Shown here in pieces: positions 13,001 through 24,624 of a stretch of 64,000 bases of DNA (position 1 is its first letter; the number at the start of each line of letters is the position of its first letter). Source of the stretch: Blastocladiella emersonii ATCC 22665 (Eukaryota; Fungi; Blastocladiomycota); the NCBI GenBank assembly GCA_025594325.1, contig JANHCV010000001.1, positions 4,898,001 through 4,962,000 of the forward strand, given 5' to 3'. Both the position numbers and the translations under genes were made by a program. The notes beneath the pieces are model-generated. The model was not told the DNA's origin, did no database searches, and saw only the letters and a list, made by a program, of their open reading frames with translations.

Positions 13001-13694
13001 CCCGACGTCCCCGAAAACCACGGCGCTCAAGGACACCATCGACCGGACCTGCACCTTCCTCAAGCGCAGCACGCGCGTCTCCAAAGTCCTCGTCGTGTGG
13101 GCCAACTACGCCCAGTTCAAGGCCAAGATCCACAACAAGGCGCATATCGGGTCCATCGCGCGCAACCTGCTCAAGGTGTACCCATCCATGCACCGCGTCC
13201 TCAAGACGGCCCCGCCGTCGCACACGGCGGGCAGCGGCGACCTCCCTGACGTCCCGCACTCCGGGTCCGCGACCGCGCAGAGCAGCTCGGCCGTCGCGCT
13301 GCCGTTCCCGCACGGCGCGTCGGGCGCGAACCTGCCGGGCGGCGGCGGTCCGACAACCTCAACGTCGGGCGTCGGGATCAGCGAGTCCATGTCGTTCGCG
13401 GCGGGGGCGACGGTGGTCGGCGCGGGCGAGACGCTTCTGGGCGTGGCTGGCAGCGCGACGGCGTCGCGGCGGACGTCGGGCGACCCGGGGACCACGGTCA
13501 AGTACCTTTCGGGGAAGGCGATTCACCGGTATTTCGAGCACAAGCTGGCGAAGCTCGACCTGACGCTGCAGGTGAGCGAGGCCGCGTCGCTGTTCACGGA
13601 TGAGGCGGGCCCCGCGGCGTGTGTCGAGACGGTGTTGCACGCGGTCCAGGCGCGGTTTCTCGTGCACACGCTCGAGCAGGCGAATCTCGCGTAG
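10040..13694 (+). CDS. Multi-pass membrane protein fused to a degenerate heterotrimeric G-alpha-like domain (1177 aa)
   Basis: join(10040..11234,11291..12873,12939..13694) = 3534 nt. Both introns are GTACG..AG (56 and 65 bp) and keep the frame. Order: disordered N-terminus, 4-5 hydrophobic segments, then G-alpha-like elements: VAVVGSDKAKAAFLKQI (G1), [20 protein letters not shown] (G3), LTVVVLDMNAFDE, VVWANYAQFKAKI (G4 region), and a C-terminal alpha5-like helix. Confidence 0.8.
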
Positions 13695-13749
13695 TAACGG
13701 TGGGATAGTATGGGGAAACGGATATGCATGTTCATCATCGTGGGTGGAT

Positions 13750-15996
13750 TCACGGTTCGTAGATCTTCGAGTACGACTGGACGGTGCGGCGGCACGTCGG
13801 GCAGGTCGTGTACCGGTTGTGCGCGAGGTCCTCGCGGCAGTCGTCGCACACGACGAGGCAGTTACACGGCCGCAGGACGATCGACCGCGGCTGCGCCTGG
13901 CACACGACGCACGCCGGGGTCGAGGTCGTGAGATGGAGCGAGTCTTCGTCCCATGGCGCAGCGGGCGGAAGATGCGCACCTTGATCCATGGCGGCCTGCA
14001 GCGCAGCGCGGGGCGACGAGGTGAGGAGCGACGCGGAGCGGGTGAGCGGGCGGTTGGACGACGACGCGGCCGCCGCGGCCTGGGTCCCGCACATGGTCGG
14101 GACGGGCACCTGGTGGTCGGCCACGAGCATGACGACCTCGCGGCACAGGTCCTCGCCCTCCTCGTCGTCAAAGACCTCGGCGTCCTCGTCGGGATACTCG
14201 ACCTCGTCAAAGTCGCTGTCCTCGGCCGGGTCGAGCTCGCCCTGGAGGAGGTAGACGGCCGTGGTAGTGAGCGGACCGGGCGGCGTGTTGGCGGCAGCGG
14301 CCACGACGGCGGCGGCAGCAATCGCCTGGTCGTTGGACTCCTCGAAGATGAGGGCGTCGGAGGGCCGCACAGTCAGCTGCAGGGCGCCGTCGTCGTCGTC
14401 GAGCACGAGCGTGTCGTCGCCGCAGTTGCCGAGCACCTCCTCATCGTCCATGTCAATCGAGGCCACGGCGGTGTTAGGGGGCGCGAGCAGATGGGTATCG
14501 TTGACGTAGGCCGAGTCCGGGTTGGATGCCGCGGCAGCGGCAGCAGCATGTGACCAGTGCGGCTTAGTGGCGGCAGCATCGGCATCGGTGGTGGTATTGA
14601 CTGCGAGGGCAGCAGCTGGCACCGCCCGCGACGGGAACGCGCGAGCCCAGAGCCGCTGCAGGGCGCCGATGCGGCGGATGCGGTCGATGAGGCGGACGAC
14701 GAGGGTGTCGTAGGCGAGGTCCATGCGGAACAGGCGCGTGAGGGCGCGCAGCTTGCCGCGGATCGACGAGTCGACCTGGCGCGACGTGGCGTGGGCGCCG
14801 GCGCTCGCGTCGTAGCGGAGGAACGGGTTGACGTGCGCGGTCGCGGCGGCAGCAGCAGCGGGCGAGAGCGGGGAGAGCGGCGCCAGCTGGCCCGACGGCA
14901 GCGTCCGAGGCGGAAGGCGGGCGAGCAGGATGGGTGTGTCCTCGTTGCGCAGCGGTGCCGAGCCCGAGGCGTCGAGCATGGCGCCGGCGAGCTTGAAGAC
15001 GGCAAACGAGTAGGCGTCGGACAGGGCGGGGAGCATGGCGCGGGTCGGTGTGGCGGGCCGCTGGCGCATGCGGCCGCCCGTGATGACGACGGTGGCGGCG
15101 TAGATGGCGAGCACGACGGCGGTGATGAAGAGCGAGAAGAGCTCGGGCCACTTGGCGAGGGCGACCATGGACGGGTACAGGGGCGACTTGAAGCGCAGAA
15201 CAAAGTGGGCCATGCTGACGAGCCCCGTGACGGTGGTCGGGACGAGGCGGTACTTGCGCTCGAGGCCGAACAGGCCCATGGTCTGCAGCAAGACGATCTC
15301 GACGGTCTGGAGCAGCACGACGAGGCAAATGTCGGGCCCGCGCGGGTGGAGGTAGGTGACGAGCCCCCACTCGACGAGATTGTGCTGCTCCGAGGCGCGG
15401 CCGGTCTCGAGGCAGTCGACGTAGACGTCGACGCACGCCGCGACACAGAAGAGGCGGAAACAGTTGAACAGCACGTCCGAGATGGCGGCGGGCGACGTGG
15501 CAGTGGAGCCCGGGGCGATGGCGGCGCCGATCCACTTGGCGTGCAGCGGGGCGAGCCCCCAGGCGGCGCCGAGCGACGAGTCGACGACCATGGTCCACAG
15601 GGTGTAGGCGTTGGTGGCGAGCAGCACAATGAGCGGCAGGCGCATGGCGAGGTTGGCCCACACGGGCAGCTTGCGCGGCTGGCGCGGGGCGGCCACCTCG
15701 CGTATCCGGCCGGCGATGACGGACTGGATGGCGAGGAACACGACCGTCCGCGACGTGATGAATGACAGGAGCGACGGGTTGAAGCTGGACGCGGCGGCGG
15801 CGGCGGAGTGCATGGCGTGGGTCATGGGCGCGGTGGCAGCAGGGAGCGCGGCGGCAGCCGAGTCGGAAGCGACAAGCCCGGACGCGGATGCGGCCTCGGA
15901 GACGGCGGCGCCGACAGCGGCGGCCGTGTCGGCGGCCGACTCGGCAGCGTGGGGCAGCAGCGCCACCCTGGCTGCGGCGGACGCGAGTTCTTCCAT
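13750..15996 (-). CDS. Transmembrane RING E3 ubiquitin ligase, Asi1/Asi3-like (~748 aa)
   Basis: Single exon starting MEELASAAA at 15996. Several TM segments and a C-terminal RING: CVVCQAQPRSIVLRPCNCLVVCDDCREDLAHNRYTTCPTCRRTVQSYSKIYEP. Confidence 0.8.
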   Translation of the reverse strand: MEELASAAARVALLPHAAESAADTAAAVGAAVSEAASASGLVASDSAAAALPAATAPMTHAMHSAAAAASSFNPSLLSFITSRTVVFLAIQSVIAGRIREVAAPRQPRKLPVWANLAMRLPLIVLLATNAYTLWTMVVDSSLGAAWGLAPLHAKWIGAAIAPGSTATSPAAISDVLFNCFRLFCVAACVDVYVDCLETGRASEQHNLVEWGLVTYLHPRGPDICLVVLLQTVEIVLLQTMGLFGLERKYRLVPTTVTGLVSMAHFVLRFKSPLYPSMVALAKWPELFSLFITAVVLAIYAATVVITGGRMRQRPATPTRAMLPALSDAYSFAVFKLAGAMLDASGSAPLRNEDTPILLARLPPRTLPSGQLAPLSPLSPAAAAAATAHVNPFLRYDASAGAHATSRQVDSSIRGKLRALTRLFRMDLAYDTLVVRLIDRIRRIGALQRLWARAFPSRAVPAAALAVNTTTDADAAATKPHWSHAAAAAAASNPDSAYVNDTHLLAPPNTAVASIDMDDEEVLGNCGDDTLVLDDDDGALQLTVRPSDALIFEESNDQAIAAAAVVAAAANTPPGPLTTTAVYLLQGELDPAEDSDFDEVEYPDEDAEVFDDEEGEDLCREVVMLVADHQVPVPTMCGTQAAAAASSSNRPLTRSASLLTSSPRAALQAAMDQGAHLPPAAPWDEDSLHLTTSTPACVVCQAQPRSIVLRPCNCLVVCDDCREDLAHNRYTTCPTCRRTVQSYSKIYEP

Positions 15997-16492
15997 GGTT
16001 TGGGTGTGCGTGCGTGTGTGCGTTGCGGGAGGTGTGGTGGTGCGTGCAGCTTCGTGGCGGGCGCGTCGAGGATGATACGGGAGCGGTAACAAGCGCGGCG
16101 ATGGCGGTTCGCCGAGGGATGCGCAGCAAAGCCGATCAACGCGCGCGGCGCGCCCTGCTGTGGCGCTGTCGCAGCCCACGTGGCCGCACCTGCCCGCGCT
16201 GAGCCTCCCGTGGCATCACCGACGCGCCGCTCCCGGCCGAGCGGAACGGAACGGGCAGCAGGCGCCCACCGTGGCACCTTTCCTCCCCTCTCCCTCCCTC
16301 TTGTCAGAGAACGAATCAACCAGCGACTCGTCGCACCACGTAGCTTTGTGATCATCCCGCTGCACGCAGCCAACACCATCGCCATTGCCCCGTCGCCGCA
16401 CCCCTGCCCGCCGCCACGGTCCCCCTTCTGCCTGCTCGCCGCCTCCGCAGTAACAACAACAACAACCACCGCCACCTTCGGACACACAAACA

Positions 16493-18068
16493 ATGGGAAT
16501 CTTCTCGAGCCGCGAGTCGACGACCGAGTCGTTCGAAAAGGCGCTCGACGCGCTCGACGCGCAAATCCGCAAGGAGCAGGTCCGCTTCACGGACCTCAAG
16601 CCGCGCGAGTCGTATGCGCGCAGCTCGGCCACGCTGTACGCGCTGGCCTTCTGGGGGATCGTGGTGGCCGTGGCCTTCAACACGGCCCTGCACACCCCCG
16701 TCCTGCTCGACGTGGTCCACGACGCCGACGCCTCGCCCGACTCGTACGTCATGGTCGACGGCGCCGACCGCTGGAAGACGGACGCCCTGCGCATGTTCGC
16801 CGTCGCCATCGGGCCCTTTATCCTGTTCTGGATCCGCCGCCTCGTCGGCTGGTATTTCCGCCGCGCTCGCGAGTCGTCCATTGAGCGCCTCGACGCCCTC
16901 AAGGCCAAGCAGCGCGCCAAGATCGAGGAGCTCAAGAAGATCACGGCCTTCTACCGCGCCAAGGAGCTCATTGAGCGCTACGAGCACCTGCTCGACCCCA
17001 ACGTGCGTTCTCTCGTTCTGATCCGCGCGAAGGCCGTCGTCGCTCACTTTAGTACGACCGTAGGCCCCGCAGCAGCCCTCGCCCAACACGCCCTTCCCGC
17101 ACGGCCCGTTCGGCCCAGGAAACGTGTCGCGCGGCGGGCCCAACTTTGACCCCAACGCGCCGCCCGGCCAGCAGGTGCCGCCGCACCTCATGATCCCGCC
17201 GCACCAGCAGCAGCAGGGCGGCCCCGACGGCCCGCTCGACCGGTCGCCGTCGCGCCAGGGCCAGCGCAGCCGCGCCAGCTCCATGAACGAGCGCGTCTCG
17301 CCGCTCGCCATCGAGGCCCCGCCATCCACGGCGCTCCCGCAGGAGGAGCAGCAGAACCAGCAGAACCAGCAGCAGCAGGGCAGCGGGTGGTTCGGTCGCC
17401 TCGTCGAGCGCGTCGTGGTGGGCGGGTCCGGCAGCGAGGAGGAGGGGGCCGAGGCCAACGCCAAGTTTGCCCTCATCTGCGGCATGTGCCACCACCACAA
17501 CGGGCTCGCGTGGCCCGCCGAGTTCCCGACGCTGCGCTTCATCTGCCGCGTCTGCGCCACCCTCAACGACCGCGGCGCCCTCGCCACGGGCGGGCCCTGG
17601 CTGTTCCAGAAGATTGCCGAACCGGCACCGCTGCCCCCGCACCCGCTGCCGCAGCCGCCCGTCCCGGTCCCAACCATGACCCCGACGCCGCCCGAGTCGG
17701 AGCAGATCCTCCCGCCCGCCGTCCCCGCCGTCGTGCCGCGCGCCATCGTCGTGCCGCCGTCCGAGTCTGGCGAAGGCGGCGACGTGCACCCGATGAACAT
17801 CCCGCTCCCGCCATCGCCGTACCCGCAGTCGCCCGCGTCGCCCGCCGCGCCGTTCCGCGCCGCGGCCGACGAGCCCGTGCCGCCGATCCCCGCGACCGTG
17901 CTCGTCCCGCCGCCACGGCCCGAGGCCGGCTCGCCCACGAGCGAGGACGACTGGGAGCGCGTCGACAAGGACGCCGCGTCATCGTTGGCGAGCACGCCGT
18001 CCACGACCCGCACGGCGACGGCGCGGTCGCGGAGCCGCGGGCCGGCAGCGCCTGAAGCCTCCTCCTAA
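16493..18068 (+). CDS. LNP1: Lunapark ER three-way-junction protein (~504 aa)
   Basis: join(16493..17002,17064..18068). N-terminal MG myristoylation site, FEKALDAL, TM hairpin, coiled coil with KITAFYRAKELIERY, zinc ribbon ALICGMCHHHNGLA...FICRVCATLN, Pro-rich tail. Confidence 0.9.
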
Positions 18069-18487
18069 AGCAGCAACCTATCCCACACGTCCCACACCCT
18101 CTGAATGATTCCCCCCTCCACCCCGCACACGTAAACCCCCCAACCTGTCCGTCATGTCCGTCCTAGTCTGTCCCGCAATGAGAAACGAAACGAAAGAAGC
18201 AAGTCCATTTTTGCACACCTGCCGCTGCGAGATGCGCGAGACGCGAGACACGCGAGGCGAAACCCGAGCTTGTTCACGCGCACGTGTTTGGTTTTGTCCA
18301 CGTGGCGCGGCGTTTTTGTTTCTCGCGTCGGGTTTTGCGCCGCCCTTTCGACGGCGGTCGGCGGCCACGCGCTCATCAAAACGGGTCGCCCGCGCCGCCC
18401 CCTCTCCCTCTCCCCCCGCCTCTGCGCTGCTGCACCACCGTTCTGAGCCCCCCTACCCCACCCAACACCCCCACCTCCTCCATCACC

Positions 18488-18799
18488 ATGTCGTGGCAGA
18501 CCTACGTCGACTCCAACCTCGTTGGCACCAAGAAGATCACCAAGGGCGCCATCTTCGGCCACGACAAGTCGACCTGGGCCATCTCCCCCGACTTCGAGGT
18601 GCGCCACCCCGTCCTGCCCCGCCCCCGCTCACACTACGGCTCCCTCGCTCGGCGCACCGCGCTGTGCCGTGTCCGGTGGCGCGCGCGCGTGCGTGCGACG
18701 CGTCGCGAGATGGTTGGCGCGATCGCGCCACACGGTCGCGTTCGATACCGCGCGTCGGGGCAGCCCGAGCGAGACGATGCAGTAGCAGCAGGAGCAGCA

Positions 18800-18832
<33 letters not shown>

Positions 18833-19864
18833 TCACCGTGTACTCAACGGCTTCGGTGGCGACGGATGCGCGATCCGGCGCGCGCACGTGTGGCCGTGTG
18901 CGAGCCCGTGCTGGGCGTCCAGCCGCGCTCAGGCGATAACGACACGCTCACCTCGTACGCGGCGCGACGTGCCGTGGCAGCTGTACACGCCGTGCGGGCC
19001 TGTTCTTGCGCGTCGCGGTGGCGCGCAGCGTGCGGGCGGGCGGAACGCGTCCGGTCGGCGTCGACGCCACACTGCCCGTCCGCTCGCCCACCTCGCTGCC
19101 CGTCCGACTCGCTGTCTGCGGCGTCCCCGCCGTTCTCGACGCACGATCGGTGACACCTGCACGCGCCCCACACGCGCCGCGCCCGATGCCACCCGTGTTT
19201 CAACCTTTGTCGCCCTCGCTCCGCCGTGCAGCGAGGCTGGCCGCCGCGCTCAAGCTCATCCCGATGTGCCCCTGCTGCTGCTGCTGCTGCTCCTGCCGCT
19301 CCATGTTGCCCCGACCCGGGCTGCCCGTGTCGCCGATCGTTCGCCGGCCCCTGCACCTGCACCCGACCCCATCCTTCATCGCCTGCCCCCGACCCGTACC
19401 CGTACCCGTACCCGTACCCGTACCCGTACTCACGCAGCCCCTCGCTTGCCCTCCTCCAGGTCCAGTCCCCCGAGCTCGACGCTCTCCTCCAGGCCTTCAA
19501 GGACCCCACGGGCATCCGTGCCAACGGTCTCCGCATGGGCGGCCAGAAGTACATTGCCCTCAAGTGCGACGACCGCTCCATCTACGGCAAGCTCGTACGT
19601 TTTCCTCTCCTCGCGTCGTGCTCAGTCCGGCATCTCACGGTGTGAATCGTCGTAGGGCTCGGGCGGTATTGTCGCCGTCAAGACGAACCAGGCGCTGCTC
19701 ATTGGCCTGTACGGCGACGGCACGCAGCCCGGCGAGGCGACCAAGGTGGTGGAGGCGCTGGCCGACTACCTCATCTCGGTCAACTACGTACGTTTCCTGT
19801 CTCTCCTCTCCTCGACACGCGCCTCGGCCAGAAACTCACGCCGCCCGTGTCGTCCTTGTAGTGA
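18488..19864 (+). CDS. PFY1: Profilin (126 aa)
   Basis: join(18488..18598,19460..19594,19656..19787,19862..19864). MSWQTYVDSNLVGT, ANGLRMGGQKYIALKCDDRSIYGK, VKTNQALLIGLY, VEALADYLISVNY. The stop codon TGA is alone in the last exon. Confidence 0.95.
18781..18830 (+). repeat. (AGC)n microsatellite in profilin intron 1
   Basis: Directly visible imperfect AGC/AGG run. Confidence 0.9.
19392..19427 (+). repeat. (ACCCGT)6 perfect hexamer repeat near the 3' end of profilin intron 1
   Basis: Six exact copies of ACCCGT. Confidence 0.95.
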
Positions 19865-20295
19865 GCTCTTCCCCTAACGCATACCTCGGCCTGGCCGGCC
19901 AACTCTGCCGTGTCCTCGCCACCACCCACCTCCCTTGCGCTGTGCTCTCCCCTCCCTGCACGCTTCGTCCGTTTGATTGATCGACCGTAAAAAATGTCTC
20001 CATTCTGTTCGCCCACTCTCTTCTCTCTGGTCCTGCATGCGAGTACGAGATGTCTCGCGTTGGGAGCTCGCGCCGATCCGCTTTCATGTGTCGCGCCTCT
20101 CGAGCCAGAGTCGCGCTTCGGCGCACGCCTCGAGCGCGTTGGTCAAACGCCATGGCCACGGCCATCAAACGGCTCGCGCTCCCCGCTCCCCGCTCCCCTT
20201 CGAGCTCCCTCCCCCAGCACACGCGACGAGGACTAACATAAACTTGACTATTCAGGGTATCAATACGAACGATCTAAACTCACCCCCCTCGCACC

Positions 20296-22140
20296 TCACA
20301 CGCGCGCCGCGGCCTCGCGCGCGAACCGCGTCGCGTTCGGGCTCGCGGCCGCCGGGTGCCACGCGTACGGGCACGGCGCGTGCGCGGGGCCTTGCTGCCG
20401 CCGTGGTGGTTGCGTGAGCGCGAGCGGGACGGGCTCCGAGAGCATGGCCAGCACGTCGCGTAGCGGTGGGAGCTGGAGCTGCGGCAACCGGTGGTGGGGG
20501 TGGTGGTGCTGGTGGTGCTGCTGGTGCGCGAGCTGCGGCGGAATCGCGAACGAGCGCGGGGCCGTCGAGCACGCCGACAGCGGCGGGGTTGGCAGCGCGA
20601 GCGCGAGCGAGTGCGCTGGCGTGGGTGCGGAGCGGGCCTGGATCGAGAAGCGGAACCGGTCGCTCGACGCCGCGAGGGCCGAGGCCGGGGGCGAGAAGTC
20701 GACGGGCGCCGGCGGCGGCGGGAGCGCGATGGTGAACTCGAACGCGGACTTGGTCGCGGTCGCGGTCGCTGTCCTCGCGCGCGTCGTGGCGATGGTCAGC
20801 CGCTTGCGCTTGAGCCGCGCGGCGCGCGCGAGATGCAGCCCCGGGGGCGACGGGGAGCCGCCCGCCGATAGCGGCGAGGCGGGCGCGGACACGGACACGG
20901 ACACGGACGCGCGCGTCGGCAGGGTCGGCGACACGCCCGCGCGACCACCGGACAGCGGCGCGAGGGGCATGGGAAGCATGGTCAGGGGCGGCGAAACCGG
21001 CGCCGGATCGGCGGCCCGGTCGCCCGCGCGCGCGCCGCGCCTGCGAGGGTGATCAGCACGGCGCGCACGCTGGTCGTCGGGCAAAGCGCGAGTCTGATCG
21101 TGATCGCCGTCGCCCACCGCACTGTACGGTCCCAGCAGCAGCGCAGGTCGCGCCGCGCTGTTGCTTCTGCCGCGGTCGAGGTCGGCAGCGATGCGCAGGA
21201 CCTCGGTCGACGTGATGAGGTGAATGTGCCGGCCGGGGTACGCGGCGACGACCGCGGCCCACAGGGCGCACCGCGCGGCCGGCGTGGTCGCGCTGTCCTT
21301 GATGGCCTTGCTGACGCGCAGCCGCGTGGGCAGCGGGTGCAGCAGCGGGGCGCGCGCGGTCCCCGAGGCGACGGCCACGGCCAGGTCGTGCAGGACCAGG
21401 GCGCAGTCGTACATGCGGTACACCTGGGCGCGCGACAGGCTGAAGCGCGTGTCAAAGTAGGACTACAGGGGAGAGCGCGAGCGGGTGGGCGGATCAGCGA
21501 CGCGGATCGGATGCCGGTGGGAGGGGGCAGGGGAAGCGGGACGCGGTGCGCCACGGCGTGGGCCCGGAACGCGGTGCGCCCTTTGGATGGAGGCCGGCGG
21601 ATCCCCGATGCAGCAACGCCACCCACGCCATGTCTCGCCAAGCAGCCAACGCGAATGCCGCCCAACGCGCACGGTGGCGGCGTGCGCGCGCGTTGGCTGG
21701 CGAGCAGCCAATCATCACACATACACACACAGCGAAGAGAGAAGGAATGAGGAGAGAAGACGACGCACCTGCAGCGAGACGGCGCGCGGGTCGCCCGTGT
21801 GGCGGAACGGCTTGTCGGTGACGAGGCGGTGCAGGGCGAGGAGCCCGCGCTGGCGGGTGCCCTCGTCGTCGCTGTCGTCGGCGTCGAGACCGCTCGGATG
21901 AGGGCGGTGCGGGTGGTGGTGGTGGTCGGGCGAGCGCGGCGACGGCAGCAGCTGCGCCACCGCATCCGCATCCGCGGGGGGCGGCGAGGCCGACGCCGAC
22001 GCGCGGGTGAGGCGTAGGTAGGCGTCGACGGCGGCCTCGAGGCTCGCGAGGGCATCGGATGGCGCAGTGGCGGTGCTTGCCGGGGCGACGCCCGCTGTGG
22101 CCGGCGCGGAAACGAGGGCGGGGCGTGATTGGAGCGGCAT
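20296..22140 (-). CDS. Hypothetical protein, Pro/Ala-rich, basic motif RLKRKR
   Basis: Exons 22140-21769 and 21423-20296 joined by a 345-bp GT..AG intron in phase 0 (…AVSLQ|VYRMYDC…). Host-like codon use in the N-terminal half. No family recognised. Confidence 0.55.
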
Positions 22141-22267
22141 GGCGGTCGGTGGTGGCGGAGGGGTCGCCCTGGACGCCGACTATCGTGATGGAGCGAAGAC
22201 GTAGTCGATCGCGAGCGAGCGGCGCGGGCGGGATCGCCGATAGGGAGATCAAGCAGGCGTAGGAATT

Positions 22268-22300
22268 TCACCGCCCAGCGGTCCCCCAGCAGCTGCTGCC
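22268..22300 (+). repeat. Left terminal inverted repeat
   Basis: TCACCGCCCAGCGGTCCCCCAGCAGCTGCTGCC, the reverse complement of 30580-30612 with 2 mismatches. Confidence 0.9.
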
Positions 22301-22457
22301 GTGCCCTAAAAATTCATGCTGCCTGCGCCCCTGCGCCGCCGCCCGAACCGCACGGAACCGCACCGCGACCGCAATCCCGGTTTTGCCGCCTGGATCGCAC
22401 GCCCCCCTCCGCACGGGGGCCGCCTGTCGCGGCCCTCGAGCTCGCGTGACCTCGCTG

Positions 22458-24591
22458 ATGCAGCCGCGCCGCCGCCGCGCCGCCGCGGCCGCCCCCGCCG
22501 CCGCTTCCACGCCCCGAGACGACGACGGCGGCGACCGTGATGCAGCGCATAGAGCTCGACGCACGCGACTCGACGCAACGCAACGCTCCTCCTACCCGTA
22601 CCCGTACCCCACGTCCTGCTCCGCCCTCCCAGCGCCGCCGTCCCCGCCATGCCGCCTCGCCCGCTCCCCAAACCCGGTCCCAGCACCGGCAGGGCTCGAG
22701 ACCGTCCCGGCAACGCGGCTGCCTCTAGAAACCGCCGCAACGAGCCCGATACTGTACGATCCGGCCCCGTCCCACACGAATGCTTGGCTCTGCTCGTCAT
22801 GCTCACACTCGTCGCCGCACTCAGATCCCTCGGCTACCACCTCGTGCCCAAGATGTACTGGCTCTGCGGCGACTTTGGCACCGGTAAGCGCGGCACGGGT
22901 CCAGCGCCGTCGCTCCTCCAGCGCAACGACGCCATCCTGCAGCGGCGCGACCTGCACGCGAGCGCGCGGCGTGGTGACCTTCTCGCGGGCGTGTCTCCCG
23001 AGGAGCTCGCCAACCCGAACGACCCCGATTTCGTCCATGACCGCCGACTCCGTGTCCAAGGACGCGAGTATCTCGGGCTGGTGGGAGCAGTACGTCAAGG
23101 GTCTCGTGCCCGGCTACGTCCTCAAGCAGGCCGCCGCGGATCCGCCGCCGGCCAAGGTGTGGACGGTGCTCGAGCTGACGGAGCGCCTGCTCGGGCTGTC
23201 GTCCGACGTTGCGCGCGTGCTCACGGCGTTCCTGTCGCGCATCCACATCCCCGCCGACAACTTTTGCGTGTGCCCCGATCCGCCTGTCGCGCTGGACGGC
23301 GTGGTGCTTAGCACGCTCGATCGCCGTATCCCCAAGAACAAGGAGCCCTACACGGTCGTGACGGATCTCCCGTCCAAGTACACGCGCGCGTCGCGTGCGC
23401 CCGACCACTACCTGTCCACGCACCCCGAGTTCCACGCCATGTTCCAGGCGCTCGGCAAGCACGAGCTCGTGCTGTGGGAGCCGCTCGCCCAGCTCCAGGC
23501 CGAGGTCAAGCACCCGCTGCTCGACCTCCTCTTCCAGTTCCTGCACCACATCCCCGGCACCGGTCCCTTCTTCCTCGCTGAGCTTCCTCGAAGCATCCCG
23601 GCCCTCGCCCAGATCGCCTTCACGCTCGGCACGATCGTCAACCCGTGTCTGCAGCTGCTCCCGCGGGCGACGTGGTCCGAGGTGCGCAAGTTCGTTGACG
23701 ACAACGGCGGCCGCGCCCGTCCTGGCGGCGACGAGTTCGGCACCGAGTTCACCGCCGTGCTCGAGGAGCATGCGCCCATCATGCGTGACGTCGCGCTCCT
23801 GTCGCACGACCACGTCCCGCACCACGTCGCCGTCCAGTCGCTCTTCCGCACACCCGCCCGCTGCACCTCCGAGCAGTTCGACCAGCTGCGCCGCGACGTG
23901 TTCTGCAGCATCCTCGACGTCGCCGAGAAGACGGCCAGCACGGGCCAGGGGATCGACGGGCTCCCCTTGCCCGACGCTCCGCCCACCTCGAGCCAAGTCG
24001 ACGCCGCTGCCGCCGCCGCCGCCGCCGCCTCGCTCCGCGCCGACCTCGACAAGTTTTCGGCGGGTCCTCGCGCGTTCCACCCGAAGTGGTACGCCATCGC
24101 CCTGCACGAGATGCTCAGCGCCGCCGACGTGGAAGCCACCGCGCGGCTCGCACAGCCCGATGTGGGCAACCGCGACGCGCTCACCGAGACCGTCGCCATG
24201 CTGCGCCAGCTGCTCCCGCTCCTCCACCACGTCCTCGTCAACCTGCCGACCCCCGAGGAGGTCGTCGCCGCGTTCCAGCCGAACCGACCGCCGACCGAGC
24301 TGTCCGTCTCGCCGCTGGTCCTGCACGTCGTCAGCAAGCTCCACTCGATCCCGTACCGCTACGCCAACCTGCTCGACTCGCTCCCGAGCCTCGACGTGCG
24401 CACCAAGTTCCTGCCGCCCGCCGACCGGTACAACCCGCTGATCCAGCCCACGGCCGCGCGCCCCGAGCTCGAGATGAAGACGCTCGCCCGTGTCGTCGCC
24501 GCGAGTCGCGGCACCCGCGGGCCTGTCGTCAAGACGTGGACGTGGTACGGCGACAACGCGCAGCTCATGGACGCGCCGCCACCGCCACCGC

Positions 24592-24624
<33 letters not shown>

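Noticed and set aside
22383-23036. Treating the 998-aa ORF 22383-25379 as the literal transposase
   Set aside because: The first ~220 codons are low-complexity with poor codon bias and include an intron-like segment (22754-22824). A different frame looks coding over 22825-23036.
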